Shown here: positions 19,247 through 28,816 of the stretch, piece by piece | How positions within the stretch are numbered: position 1 is the stretch's first letter | Layout of the letters: each line of letters starts with the position of its first letter | From: Frankiaceae bacterium | Lineage (GTDB): Bacteria > Actinomycetota > Actinomycetes > JADGOV01 | Assembly (NCBI GenBank): GCA_017882785.1 | Contig: JADGOV010000003.1 | Coordinates: forward strand, 1,076 to 65,075 | Direction: 5' to 3' | Length of the DNA: 64,000 nucleotides | Notes under the pieces: model-generated | What the model was told of the DNA's origin: nothing | The model's input: only the letters and a program-made list of their open reading frames with translations | The model's database searches: none | Made by a program: the position numbers and the translations under genes

Positions 19247-20758
19247 ATGCCTGCCTTGGAGGCTTCGGTGCCGCAGACGCCGCCGCAGACGCCGGCGCGT
19301 CCCGGGCTTCCCCCGGCGCTCGACCCACGCCCTGATGCGGATCCTCCCCGGCACTCGGGGCGCCGCCGTGTCGGGCGCGTGCTGCGCTGGGGCGCCATTC
19401 TCACTTCCGTCTTCCTCCTGCTGGCCAGCACCGCGCTGTATCTCGGATTTCGGCACTTCGACGGCAAGCTGACGCGCACCAACATCCGCTTGCCGCAGGA
19501 CGCCTCCGGGCCGTCCGCGGGCGCGGACGGGACGGCGCAGAACTTTCTCATCGTCGGATCTGACACCAGGGAGGCACCGGGTACGCAGAAGTTCGGGGCC
19601 AGCAAGGACAGCGCTCGTTACGTCGGCGGTCAGCGCTCCGACACGGTCATGTTGATGCACGTCCCCGCTGGGCGCGCCAAGGCGACGATCATCTCCTTCC
19701 CTCGCGACTCGTGGGTGGCGATCCCCGCCTTCACCGACGCGAAGGGCGTCGCGCATCCCGCCCACCATCAACGGATCAACAGCGCTTTTTCCGTCGGCGG
19801 TGCGCCGCTGCTCGTCCAGGTGCTGCAGAACATGTCCGGAATGCGGGTCGACCACTATGTGCAGGTCGACTTCGCCGGCTTCCAGCAGATCGTCGACGCG
19901 CTCGGCGGGGTGACCCTCTGCGTAAAGACCACTCGCAACGACCAGGACAGCGGCGACTTCCTGACCGCGGGCACCCACAAGGTCAACGGCAAGCAGGCGC
20001 TCGCCTTCGCCCGTGACCGCAAGAGCTTCCCCACCCAGGATCTGGCTCGCATCAAGGACCAGCAGTATTTTCTGTCCGTGTTGTTACACAAGGTTCTCTC
20101 CGCCGGCACGCTGGCCAACCCGCTCAAGATCAACGCTCTGCTCAACGCGGTCACCAGCGCCACCACCGTCGACCGGGACCTGTCGATCAACGACATGCGA
20201 AAACTGGCGCTGCGGATGCGCCACCTCGACCCCGCCCACGTGGCGCTGGTCACGGTGCCGGTCCAGGGAGACGAGAGAATCGCGGGTCAATCCGTGCTGG
20301 TCCTGGACCGGGCGAAGATGACGGCGCTGTTCGCCGATCTCAAGGACAACACGTCGTCGGGTGGATCGAGCGCGGTGACCGTGCCGGTGGCGCCGTCCGC
20401 GATCTCCGTGGACGTCCTCAACGGCTCCGGCCGGGCTGGCCTCGGCGCGCGGGCCACCGCCGATCTGAGCAACGAGGGTTTCCGGGCGCGATTGGGCGGC
20501 AACGTCGGCAGCGGCGCCACCTCGACAGTCGTCCGCTACGGCGCCGGCGCCGGTGACCAGGCCCGCAGCGTCGCCGCGGCTCTCCCGGGGTCCACCGTCA
20601 CCCAGGCTGCGTCCGCGTCGGCCGGGTCCGTCATGGTCGTCCTGGGCAGCAGTTACTCGGGCACCCGCGCGGTGCACGCCCGTGGGGCCCCGAGTTCCTC
20701 AGGTACGGCGGCGGACAGGACCACCGCGGCCGCATCGGCCAACGGTTGCGGCCAGTGA
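19247..20758 (+). CDS. LCP family (LytR-CpsA-Psr) ligase with LytR_C domain, Lcp1/Rv3267-like
   Basis: FLIVGSDTRE...RSDTVMLMHV...ISFPRDSWV...HQRINSAF, a TM anchor, and synteny with the TIGR03089 gene downstream. Confidence 0.85.
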   Translation: MPALEASVPQTPPQTPARPGLPPALDPRPDADPPRHSGRRRVGRVLRWGAILTSVFLLLASTALYLGFRHFDGKLTRTNIRLPQDASGPSAGADGTAQNFLIVGSDTREAPGTQKFGASKDSARYVGGQRSDTVMLMHVPAGRAKATIISFPRDSWVAIPAFTDAKGVAHPAHHQRINSAFSVGGAPLLVQVLQNMSGMRVDHYVQVDFAGFQQIVDALGGVTLCVKTTRNDQDSGDFLTAGTHKVNGKQALAFARDRKSFPTQDLARIKDQQYFLSVLLHKVLSAGTLANPLKINALLNAVTSATTVDRDLSINDMRKLALRMRHLDPAHVALVTVPVQGDERIAGQSVLVLDRAKMTALFADLKDNTSSGGSSAVTVPVAPSAISVDVLNGSGRAGLGARATADLSNEGFRARLGGNVGSGATSTVVRYGAGAGDQARSVAAALPGSTVTQAASASAGSVMVVLGSSYSGTRAVHARGAPSSSGTAADRTTAAASANGCGQ

Positions 20759-20765
20759 GCGCGCC

Positions 20766-21533
20766 CTGACGACCTCCGCGGGCCTGGAAGTCAATCCGCT
20801 CGCCGACTTGTTCGAACATGCTGTGCATGTCGACCCTTCCCGACCAATGTTGACCTTCTACGACGACAGCACAGGTGAGCGCGTCGAACTCTCCGGCGCG
20901 ACCGCGAGCAACTGGGTCTCGAAGGTGGCGAACCTGCTGGTGGACGGGCTGGACTGCCAGCCGGGAGATCGAGTCGGGGTGCTGCTGCCGGTGCACTGGC
21001 AGACGGCTGTGATCCTCTTCGGTGCCTGGACCGCTGGTGTGGGAGTGACCAACGACTCCACCGACGCCGATATCGTCTTCGCCGCCGAGACCGCTCTGCC
21101 GGCCGCCCTCGAGGCCGATCCGCTGCAGCCGATCGGGCTCTCGCTGCGGCCACTCGGCGCTCCGATGCAGGCCATTCCGCCCGGTGTCCTCGACTTCGCC
21201 ACCGAGGTGCCCGGCTACGGCGACGTGACGAGCCCGCGCCCGCTACCGGGGCCGGCCTTTGACGAGACTCCGGCGGCCGTGCTGGCCGACCGGGCCCGGA
21301 CGGCAGGCGGTCATCACCCCGGTGAGCGCGTACTGACCACGGCTGCCTACGACAACCTGGACGGGCTCGTGCACGGTCTGCTCGCGCCCCTCGCCGCCAG
21401 CGGGTCGGTCGTGGTCTGTCGGCATCTCGACCGCACCCGGTTACCTGCTCGCGCGGCGGCTGAACGCGTGACCGGCACAGTGGGCGTGGCCGTCGAGGGA
21501 CTGCCGCGGCTCGGCCAGGCCCGCGTTCCCTAA
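20766..21533 (+). CDS. TIGR03089-family protein (Rv3268-like, LCP-associated)
   Basis: PMLTFYDDSTGERVELSGATASNWVSKVANLL is a TIGR03089 N-terminal pattern. No ATG/GTG/TTG precedes it in frame after the LCP stop, so the start at 20766 is a guess. Confidence 0.55.
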   Translation: MTTSAGLEVNPLADLFEHAVHVDPSRPMLTFYDDSTGERVELSGATASNWVSKVANLLVDGLDCQPGDRVGVLLPVHWQTAVILFGAWTAGVGVTNDSTDADIVFAAETALPAALEADPLQPIGLSLRPLGAPMQAIPPGVLDFATEVPGYGDVTSPRPLPGPAFDETPAAVLADRARTAGGHHPGERVLTTAAYDNLDGLVHGLLAPLAASGSVVVCRHLDRTRLPARAAAERVTGTVGVAVEGLPRLGQARVP

Positions 21534-21569
21534 GGTGCAACGAGCCGTGTTCGCGGCAATCTGGTGGTC

Positions 21570-22409
21570 TCAGACGCTGGAGGCCTCATCGAGCAAGTGG
21601 TGCTCGAACCCTTCGGGGTCGTGTCGCTGCTGGTAGGCGTCCACCACGGCGTCCGCGTCGCCGTCCAGGACGATCTGGCCCTTTTCCAGCCAGATGGCCC
21701 GGTTGCAGGTCTCCCTGATCACCCCGAGACCGTGACTGACCAGGAAGACCGTGCCCGCCTCGTCGCGCAGTTCCCGGATGCGTTTCTCGCTCTTGCGCCG
21801 GAATTCCGCATCACCGGTGGCCAGCGCCTCGTCGATGAGCAGGACCTCGTGGGTCTTAGCCGCTGCGATGGCGAAACGCAGGCGGGCGCCCATCCCCGAG
21901 GAATAGGTGTTCATCGGCAGCGAGATGAACTCACCGATGCCGGAAAAGTCCACGATGCTGTCATAGACCTCCCGCACCTCCTCCGGCGTCATGCCCATGG
22001 CCAGGCAGCCCAGCACCACGTTGCGCTCGCCGCTCATCTCGTTCATCATCGCGGCGCCGACGCCGAGCAGCGAGGGCTGACCCTGGGTGAAGATGACGCC
22101 CTTCTGCGGAGCCATCAGACCGGCGACGCCACGCAACAGCGTGGACTTGCCGGAGCCGTTCGGGCCGATCAGCCCCACGGCTTCGCCGCGGTGGGCGGTC
22201 AGGCTGACACCGCGGACTGCGTGGATCTCACGTATGACACTCTGCTTGTTGCCGCGCAACATGCCGAACAGTGCTGTCGGCGCGTTGCGCCGGGAGTGGC
22301 GGCCGGCCAACCGGTAGGTCAGGTGCACGTCGTCCACGATCACGGTTGGCACGCTGCTGTCCGGCGGCGATGCAGGGACGCCGAACTGATCTTGGCTACC
22401 CTCAGCCAC
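21570..22409 (-). CDS. ABC transporter ATP-binding protein, polysaccharide/teichoic-acid exporter type (TagH/Wzt-like)
   Basis: Walker A GPNGSGKST, signature YSSGMGARL, Walker B VLLIDEALATGD. GTG start at 22409 overlaps the permease stop. Confidence 0.85.
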   Translation of the reverse strand: MAEGSQDQFGVPASPPDSSVPTVIVDDVHLTYRLAGRHSRRNAPTALFGMLRGNKQSVIREIHAVRGVSLTAHRGEAVGLIGPNGSGKSTLLRGVAGLMAPQKGVIFTQGQPSLLGVGAAMMNEMSGERNVVLGCLAMGMTPEEVREVYDSIVDFSGIGEFISLPMNTYSSGMGARLRFAIAAAKTHEVLLIDEALATGDAEFRRKSEKRIRELRDEAGTVFLVSHGLGVIRETCNRAIWLEKGQIVLDGDADAVVDAYQQRHDPEGFEHHLLDEASSV

Positions 22410-23295
22410 GCCCGTACTCCTCCTCGGCCCGCCAGAAGAAGATGAATCCAACGATGAACATCACTACCGCCCAGACAACCCCGAGTTGCCACTGGACCCG
22501 GAAGGTGTCGCGATGTTTGAGCAGTGCGTCCCGCACCAACTCCACGTAGACCGCGCCGGGATTGATCTCGAGCAGTCGGCGTACGAGTTCGCTGTGGATG
22601 TGCTCGGAGAAGATCGTGATGCTGTAGAAGATTCCGGAGATATAGAGCCAGGTACGCAGCATGAACGGCAGGATCTGGGAGGTGTCCGGGATCCGGGCGC
22701 CGACCCGGGCGAAGATCAGAGCGCAGCCGAGCGCGAAAAAGGACTCCAGCGCGACCGCCGGCACGACCAGCAGCCAGCGCAGGGACGGCCGCTCGCCGTT
22801 GAGCAGGATGATGGGGACCAACACGACAAGAGACGTCAGAAGCTGCTGCAGAGCGATCACCGTGGTGGCTACCGGTAGCGTTGCCCGGGGAAAGTGCAAG
22901 GAGCGGGTCAGCCCGAGATTGGCCGTCACCGCTCGCGACCCGGCAAGGATCGAGCTCTGCATGTAGTAGAAGACGAAGATCCCGACGACCAGGAAACTGA
23001 TGTAGTTGGGGATGCCACGACTTGTCTTGAGGATCAAGCCGAAGATCAGGTAATAGACCGCGGCGTTGAGCAGTGGAGTCAACAGCTGCCAGAACTGGCC
23101 GAGGAAGCTGCTCGAGTACCCGATGGCGTTGTAGGCCCGGGCGAAGGCCACGACGAAGTACCGACGTCCCCAGAGGTCGCGGATGTAGGTGAGAAGTGGG
23201 GGACGCGCGCCCGCGCGGGCCATGCCGTAGCGCGCCGCTGTCTCTGCGGCGGACGAGGAGGCCGGCACCGGCGCCGTGGCCTGGACGCTAGTCAC
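22402..23295 (-). CDS. ABC-2 type transporter permease (TagG/Wzm-like)
   Basis: Six hydrophobic helices. YIRDLWGRRYFVVAFARAYNAI is an ABC-2 N-terminal pattern. The start may be the internal Met at 23223. Confidence 0.8.
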   Translation of the reverse strand: MTSVQATAPVPASSSAAETAARYGMARAGARPPLLTYIRDLWGRRYFVVAFARAYNAIGYSSSFLGQFWQLLTPLLNAAVYYLIFGLILKTSRGIPNYISFLVVGIFVFYYMQSSILAGSRAVTANLGLTRSLHFPRATLPVATTVIALQQLLTSLVVLVPIILLNGERPSLRWLLVVPAVALESFFALGCALIFARVGARIPDTSQILPFMLRTWLYISGIFYSITIFSEHIHSELVRRLLEINPGAVYVELVRDALLKHRDTFRVQWQLGVVWAVVMFIVGFIFFWRAEEEYGRG

Positions 23296-23439
23296 GACTA
23301 ACGACGGTACGGCATCTCCTGGTCCTCGCGGCCCGCGACGGGCAGCCCGTGGTCAGGTTCCTGCGGGTCCCGCGGCTCCGGTCAGCCGACTTACCCCGAC
23401 TCGGGCGCGCCCACTACGGGTGCCCTGTTCGGTGACGGC

Positions 23440-24457
23440 TTACCCGGTGATCCGGATGGGGCTGGTGAGGAAGCCCATCGCCCAACAGCCATGCATCGTG
23501 AGGAAGATGGCGGGCAGCTGGACCCATCCTCGCGTCGGCAACCCTCGCCCGATCCAGGCGGCGCTGGCGAGGACGAGAACGCCGTAGCCGACGGGGGCCA
23601 GCAGCCCGACGGGGTGACCCAGCAGCGCCAGCCCGCCACCGGCGGCCAATCCGAGAAGGGTGCACGGCGCTGCAAGGTAGCGGACCGAGGCGGTCTGGGG
23701 GTACTGCCGCACCAACGCCCGCCGCCAGCGCCCGTAGTGGAAATACTGTCGCCCGAGCGCGCGCAGGGTGGACCGAGGACGGTAGATCACCTGCAGGTCG
23801 GGGGTGAACCAGACCACCCCGCCCGAGCGTCGGATCCGGTAGTTCAACTCCCAGTCCTGGGCTCGCTCGAACCGTTCGTCGTAGCCGCCGTAGCGCTCCA
23901 GCACCTCACGTGGGAAGACCCCGAGATAGACGCTGTCCGCCGGGCCCGCGGTGCCACCGATGTGGAAAGCCGCACTTCCGACCCCGATCGGGGAGCGCAT
24001 GGCCCGGGCGACCGCGAGACTGAACGCATCGTCGCCCTCCGCGGCCATGATCCCTCCGACGTTGTCCGCACCGGTGGTCGCGAGCACCGAGACAGCCACG
24101 CGGACATAGTCGCCGGTGATGAGCGCGTGCCCGTCGAGGCGCACAATGATCGAATGACGCGTGGCCGCGACTGCCGCGTTCAGCCCGGTCGGCGTGTGGC
24201 CCGATGGATTGGTGACGAGTCGCACCCGTGGGTCCTCGGCGGCGAGGCGACTGGCGATCGCGTCTGTGCCGTCCCGGGAGGGACCGAGCGCCAGGATGAC
24301 TTCGATGTCCCCGGCATAGTCCTGGCTCAGTGCCCGCTCGACGGCCGAGGCCAGGTGGCGTTCCTCATTGAGGACCGGCATCACGACCGACACGGCGGGC
24401 CACTCCCCGACGGCCGCGAGGGGCTCGGGTGGGGTCGGGGCAGGCATCGCCTGCAGC
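23440..24457 (-). CDS. Glycosyltransferase family 2 with C-terminal TM anchor
   Basis: VSVVMPVLNEERHLASAVERALSQDY...ILALGPSRDGT...LDGHA is the GT2 DXD-type signature. The start was trimmed to ATG 24457 (MPAPTPPEP). Confidence 0.8.
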
Positions 24458-24577
24458 CTAGCGGCGGCGATCGGCACGACGGCGGGACACCACCAAGTGC
24501 GGAGCGTCGGTCTCGGGGGTTTCGCGGGGCCGTCGGGTAGGTTGCGGGAAGGTTGAGGAAAGGGCGCGGCTTCCCTC

Positions 24578-26398
24578 ATGCGTGGTCGGTCCCGTGTCGG
24601 TGAGAGTGGCCGGCGGCGACACTCGGCGGTGCGGAAGACGACCGCGGTGTTGTTCGCGACAGCGGCCGACGAGTCCGGCGGACCCGCTGCTTGCCTGCCG
24701 CTCGGTGACATGCCACTGCTGTCCCGCCTCATCCGCCAGCTGATCCAGCTCGGCGTCGACGAGGTCACGGTCGTGACCCGACCCGAGTGGGAGCCGATCT
24801 GCACCCCGGCCGCCGTCGCTGAGAGCCTGGTTCCGGTCCGTGTCCACGTCTGCGCCGATCTGGCCGATGATCTGCGGGCGGTCGCTCGGGTTGCGGCGGC
24901 GGCAACTGATCGTCTTCTGCTGGCATCCGGCGACACCGCCGCCCATCGGGAAGCCCTTGCCGGGTTGCTCCGGGACCCGCGAGTGAGTACTGCTGCGCTG
25001 AGCGCGAGGGCAGCATCTGAGGGGAGTTGGGCCGCGCCCCTGCGTGTCGCACGTGGCCGGATTGTCAGCGCAGGGTCGGCCTTCCACCAGGTCCGGGCCG
25101 CCAATGCGGTCTCACTCGGTGTGCTGCTCGTCGATCCGGCTGACGCGGCGGTGCTTGCCGCCGCCGCCTCGGAGCTGGCCAGGCTCAGCACGCCGCCGTA
25201 CCCGCTGGACTGGTTGGCTCAGTCCGGGGCGAGGGAGGCGGGGGCGAGGTCCGATGACGTCGCCGCGCTGCTGCTGGTGGGGCTGGTGCGGGCCAACGTC
25301 CGGGTCGGCACGGTCGACAGGCGAACGTTGTTCCTGACCCGTCCGACCTCCGTGGCGTCGGCGGCGGCCGCGGCCGCTGCGATGTCCGACATCGACGAGG
25401 ACCGGGTGCTCCTCGACTCGGCCGTCAAGGCGAGTGACGGCTTCTTCACGACCTTCTTCGTCAGCCCGTACTCGCGTTACCTGGCGCGCTGGGCGGCCCG
25501 TCGTGGTTGGACACCCAACCAGGTCACCACGCTGTCCATGCTTGTCGGCGTGCTGGCCGCCGCCGCCTTCGCCACCGGCAGCCGGCTGGGCCTCATCGCC
25601 GGAGCAGTCCTGTTGCAGGTGGCTTTCACCTTCGACTGCGTCGACGGCCAGATCGCCAGATACACCCGGACGTTCTCCGCACTCGGTGCGTGGCTGGACT
25701 CGGTGTTCGACCGGGGCAAGGAGTACCTGGTCTACGCCGGCCTCGCGCTCGGATCGGTCCGCGGGTTCCACGACGACGTGTGGCTGCTGGCTGCCCTCGC
25801 GCTGTCGTTGCAGACTGTCCGGCACACGGTGGATTTCTCCTACGCGGCCGGCCAGCATCGCAACATCACGATTGTTGCCCGCCCGTCGCTGGCGGTCGCC
25901 GTTGATGCCGTGGTGGCCGTGGACGGCGATGTCCCAGCTGATGTCCCGCCCGGCGTGCCGGCTGATGTCCCGGCCGACCCGGCTCGCCGGGCGCCGGTGC
26001 TGCTCGGGGTCGGCGCCGGGGTCGGTGGCGTCGGCTCAGCGGCCCGGCCCGCCGAGGCCGCGACCTCGGCCGCCACGGTGAGGGCCGCCACGGTGAGGGC
26101 CGGCGCCGCCAAACTGGGCTCCTCAGGCCCTGGAACGGCGCGGATGTCGGTCGCCCCCGGCTCCGTCTCGGCCGTCGGCCGCCGGGCGATCCGGCTGTCC
26201 CGAGCATTGGAGGGGCGCGGCTGGATGCGGTACGGGAAGAAGATCCTTGTGCTGCCGATCGGTGAACGGTTCGCGCTGATCTCGATCACTGCCGCGGTCG
26301 CCTCGCCGCGGACGACGTTTGTCGCGCTCCTTGGCTGGGGCTCGGTCGCCGCGGTCTACAGCATTACCGGCAAGACACTGCGGTCGGTGGCGAGATGA
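24578..26398 (+). CDS. Bifunctional nucleotidyltransferase / CDP-alcohol phosphotransferase membrane protein (IPCT-DIPPS-like architecture)
   Basis: N-terminal NTP-transferase-like region (TAVLFATAADESGG...MPLLSRLI). C-terminal CDP-OH_P_transf motif DCVDGQIAR-x8-G-x3-D-x3-D with several TM helices. The start is uncertain. Confidence 0.75.
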   Translation: MRGRSRVGESGRRRHSAVRKTTAVLFATAADESGGPAACLPLGDMPLLSRLIRQLIQLGVDEVTVVTRPEWEPICTPAAVAESLVPVRVHVCADLADDLRAVARVAAAATDRLLLASGDTAAHREALAGLLRDPRVSTAALSARAASEGSWAAPLRVARGRIVSAGSAFHQVRAANAVSLGVLLVDPADAAVLAAAASELARLSTPPYPLDWLAQSGAREAGARSDDVAALLLVGLVRANVRVGTVDRRTLFLTRPTSVASAAAAAAAMSDIDEDRVLLDSAVKASDGFFTTFFVSPYSRYLARWAARRGWTPNQVTTLSMLVGVLAAAAFATGSRLGLIAGAVLLQVAFTFDCVDGQIARYTRTFSALGAWLDSVFDRGKEYLVYAGLALGSVRGFHDDVWLLAALALSLQTVRHTVDFSYAAGQHRNITIVARPSLAVAVDAVVAVDGDVPADVPPGVPADVPADPARRAPVLLGVGAGVGGVGSAARPAEAATSAATVRAATVRAGAAKLGSSGPGTARMSVAPGSVSAVGRRAIRLSRALEGRGWMRYGKKILVLPIGERFALISITAAVASPRTTFVALLGWGSVAAVYSITGKTLRSVAR

Positions 26399-27045
26399 TC
26401 GGCCCGGCCGATGTGGTGGCCGATTACCGCGACGACGGGCCGGTGGCGATTCTCCTCGGGCGCACCGGCGGCGACCGCGTCCGGGTGGACCCGGTGCTGC
26501 TCACGGTTGCCGGCCTGCTGCCGCTCGTCGCGATCGTCGTGGGCAGCGACCAGGCCCCGGGCACCATCCCGCCCGGCCTCGGCCTGGCCATCGGCTGGCT
26601 GGTGCTCTGCGCCGGCGTGGCCGCGGGTCGGCCGGCCAGCACCCGGCTCGGCTGGCTGGTCCCGCCGCTGTTGCGCCTGGCCGAGTACGCCGTCCTGCTC
26701 GTGCTGGTGCTGCTGACCGACGGCCAGCCGCTGCCCGTATGCTTTGCACTACTTTCCGTACTGTCATTTCACCACTACGACACGGTGTACCGGATTCGTG
26801 CCCGGCGGGCAGCGCCGCCCATGTGGGTGCGGCTGGCTGGCGGCGGCTGGGACGTCCGGGTGCTGGCGGCCTACGTGTTGCTGGTGATTGGTGGGCTGGC
26901 GGTGGGCATGGGGGCGGCGGCCGTCCTGCTCGGTGTGCTCTACGTCGGAGAGAGCGTCGCAAGCTGGCTGGCGCCTGGTCCGGCACTGGCCGCGAGCGCG
27001 GAATTGGGCATCGACGACGGGGCCGAGGAAGGGGCCGACGAGTGA
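26395..27045 (+). CDS. Hypothetical polytopic membrane protein (DUF5941-like)
   Basis: 216 aa with 5-6 hydrophobic helices. GTGA-coupled to the downstream nucleotidyltransferase. Confidence 0.55.
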   Translation: MIGPADVVADYRDDGPVAILLGRTGGDRVRVDPVLLTVAGLLPLVAIVVGSDQAPGTIPPGLGLAIGWLVLCAGVAAGRPASTRLGWLVPPLLRLAEYAVLLVLVLLTDGQPLPVCFALLSVLSFHHYDTVYRIRARRAAPPMWVRLAGGGWDVRVLAAYVLLVIGGLAVGMGAAAVLLGVLYVGESVASWLAPGPALAASAELGIDDGAEEGADE

Positions 27046-27773
27046 TCGGGATGGTCCTCGCCGCCGGTGCCGGGCGCAGGCTGGAGCCCCTGACCAAGGA
27101 CCTGCCGAAGACGTTGCTGCCGATCGACGGGGACACCACGATCCTGGACAACACGTTGGCCAACCTCGCGCAGGTCGGCATCACCGAGGTTGTCATCGTC
27201 ACCGGCTTCGCCGCTGAGCGGATCGCGCGGGTGGCGCCGATGCTGGCGGACAAGCACGGGTTGCGCCTGAGCCAGGTCTACAACCCCCGGGCGGAGACGT
27301 GGAACAACGCGTATTCGTTGTGGTTGGCCCGCGGCGCGTTCGCCAGACCCGTCCTGCTCGTCAACGGCGACACGGTGCACCCGGTCAGCGTGGAGAAGGC
27401 GGTGCTGGCCGCACGCGGGCCGGAGGTGGTGCTCGCGGTCGACACTGTCAAGACGCTGGCCGAGGAGGAGATGAAGATCCTCCTCAAGCCCGACGGCACG
27501 CTGGCGCGGATCAACAAGGCGGTCGATCCGGCGGTCGCGGCGGGAGAATACATCGGCGTCACCATGATCGAACCCACGGCCGGTCCGGCGCTCGCGGCAG
27601 CGCTGATGGCGACCTGGATGCGCAACCCCGATCTGTACTACGAAGACGGCTACCAGGAGTTCGTCGACCGCGGCGGCGCCGTAGCGGTCGCACCCATCGG
27701 GGACGTCGACTGGGTTGAGGTCGACGACCCGCGTGACCTGGATCGTGCTCGGGAGATCGCATGCCGTTACTAG
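27042..27773 (+). CDS. Sugar/alditol-phosphate nucleotidyltransferase (cytidylyltransferase, LicC/IspD-like NTP_transferase fold)
   Basis: MVLAAGAGRRLEPLTKDLPKTLLPIDGDTTILDNTL is a G-x-G-x-R NTP-transferase signature. Confidence 0.75.
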   Translation: MIGMVLAAGAGRRLEPLTKDLPKTLLPIDGDTTILDNTLANLAQVGITEVVIVTGFAAERIARVAPMLADKHGLRLSQVYNPRAETWNNAYSLWLARGAFARPVLLVNGDTVHPVSVEKAVLAARGPEVVLAVDTVKTLAEEEMKILLKPDGTLARINKAVDPAVAAGEYIGVTMIEPTAGPALAAALMATWMRNPDLYYEDGYQEFVDRGGAVAVAPIGDVDWVEVDDPRDLDRAREIACRY

Positions 27774-28816
27774 CCCGGATGCTGATCAGCCCGCTCTTCA
27801 TCGACATTCGACCGGGAGCGATCGAGGACCTGGGCGATCTGCTTGCCGACCGGCGGATCTCGGCCGCCGGCCACGTCGCCGTCGCGGTCGGGCCGGGGCA
27901 GGGCGAGCGGATTGTGGAAACGCTGGGCGCGTCCCTCTGCAACGCCGACGTGGTCACCGTCACCGGCGCCTCGCTGGACGCCGCTGGGGAGTTGCAGGCC
28001 AAGCTCCAGTCCCGCTCCTATGACGCGCTGGTCGGGATCGGCGGCGGTAGGACGCTGGACGTGGCGAAGTACGCCGCGACCCGACTGGCATTGCCGATGG
28101 TGGCCGTGCCCACCAACCTCTCCCATGACGGCATCGCCTCGCCGGTGAGTTCACTGGAACACGAGGGGGGAAAGGGCTCCTTCGGGGTGTCCATGCCGAT
28201 CGCGGTCGTGGTCGACGTCGACTACATCCGCGCCGCGCCGGTGCGTCAGGTCCGCGCGGGCATCGGGGACGCGGTGAGTAATCTGTCCGCCATCGCCGAC
28301 TGGGAGCTGGCCGCCGCAGAGCGGGGAGAGCCGGTGGACGGAATCGCCGTGACCTTTGCCCGAACCGCCGCAGAGGCACTTCTGCGGCGGACGGACACTG
28401 TCTCCGACGATGCCTTCCTCATCTGCCTCGCCGACGCGCTCGTCCTGTCCGGGATGGCGATGGCTGCCGCCGGGTCCAGTCGGCCCTGCAGTGGGGGGGA
28501 TCATGAGTTCCTGCACGCGGTGGATCGGTTCTTCCCCGGCACGGGCAACCACGGTGAGCTGGCCGGCGTAGGGGCCATGTTCTGCACGTACCTGCGTGGG
28601 GACACGGACCGCCTCGCCCAGCTGGACCGGTGTCTGCGACGGCATGACCTTCCGCGGACCGCCGCCGATCTCGGCTTGTCCCGCGAGCAGTTCACCACCG
28701 CCGTTCTCGCCGCGCCGGCCACCCGGCCGGACCGGTACACCATCCTCGAGCACCTCAACCTGACCCCGGGCGAGATCCGCGCCCGGGTGGAGGACTACGA
28801 GGCGAGCTATGGCTAA
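27761..28816 (+). CDS. sn-Glycerol-1-phosphate dehydrogenase-like enzyme (AraM/EgsA family, iron-containing alcohol dehydrogenase superfamily)
   Basis: GIGGGRTLDVAKYAATRLALPMVAVPTNLSHDGIASPVSSL closely matches the AraM/EgsA NAD(P)-binding and PTxxSHDGIxSP motif. Confidence 0.7.
   Translation: MPLLARMLISPLFIDIRPGAIEDLGDLLADRRISAAGHVAVAVGPGQGERIVETLGASLCNADVVTVTGASLDAAGELQAKLQSRSYDALVGIGGGRTLDVAKYAATRLALPMVAVPTNLSHDGIASPVSSLEHEGGKGSFGVSMPIAVVVDVDYIRAAPVRQVRAGIGDAVSNLSAIADWELAAAERGEPVDGIAVTFARTAAEALLRRTDTVSDDAFLICLADALVLSGMAMAAAGSSRPCSGGDHEFLHAVDRFFPGTGNHGELAGVGAMFCTYLRGDTDRLAQLDRCLRRHDLPRTAADLGLSREQFTTAVLAAPATRPDRYTILEHLNLTPGEIRARVEDYEASYG

Noticed and set aside
26319-27773. 484-aa ORF as a single gene
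   Set aside because: The N-terminal 240 codons are an Arg/Gly-rich alternate frame overlapping the membrane-protein gene. The NTP-transferase starts at 27042.
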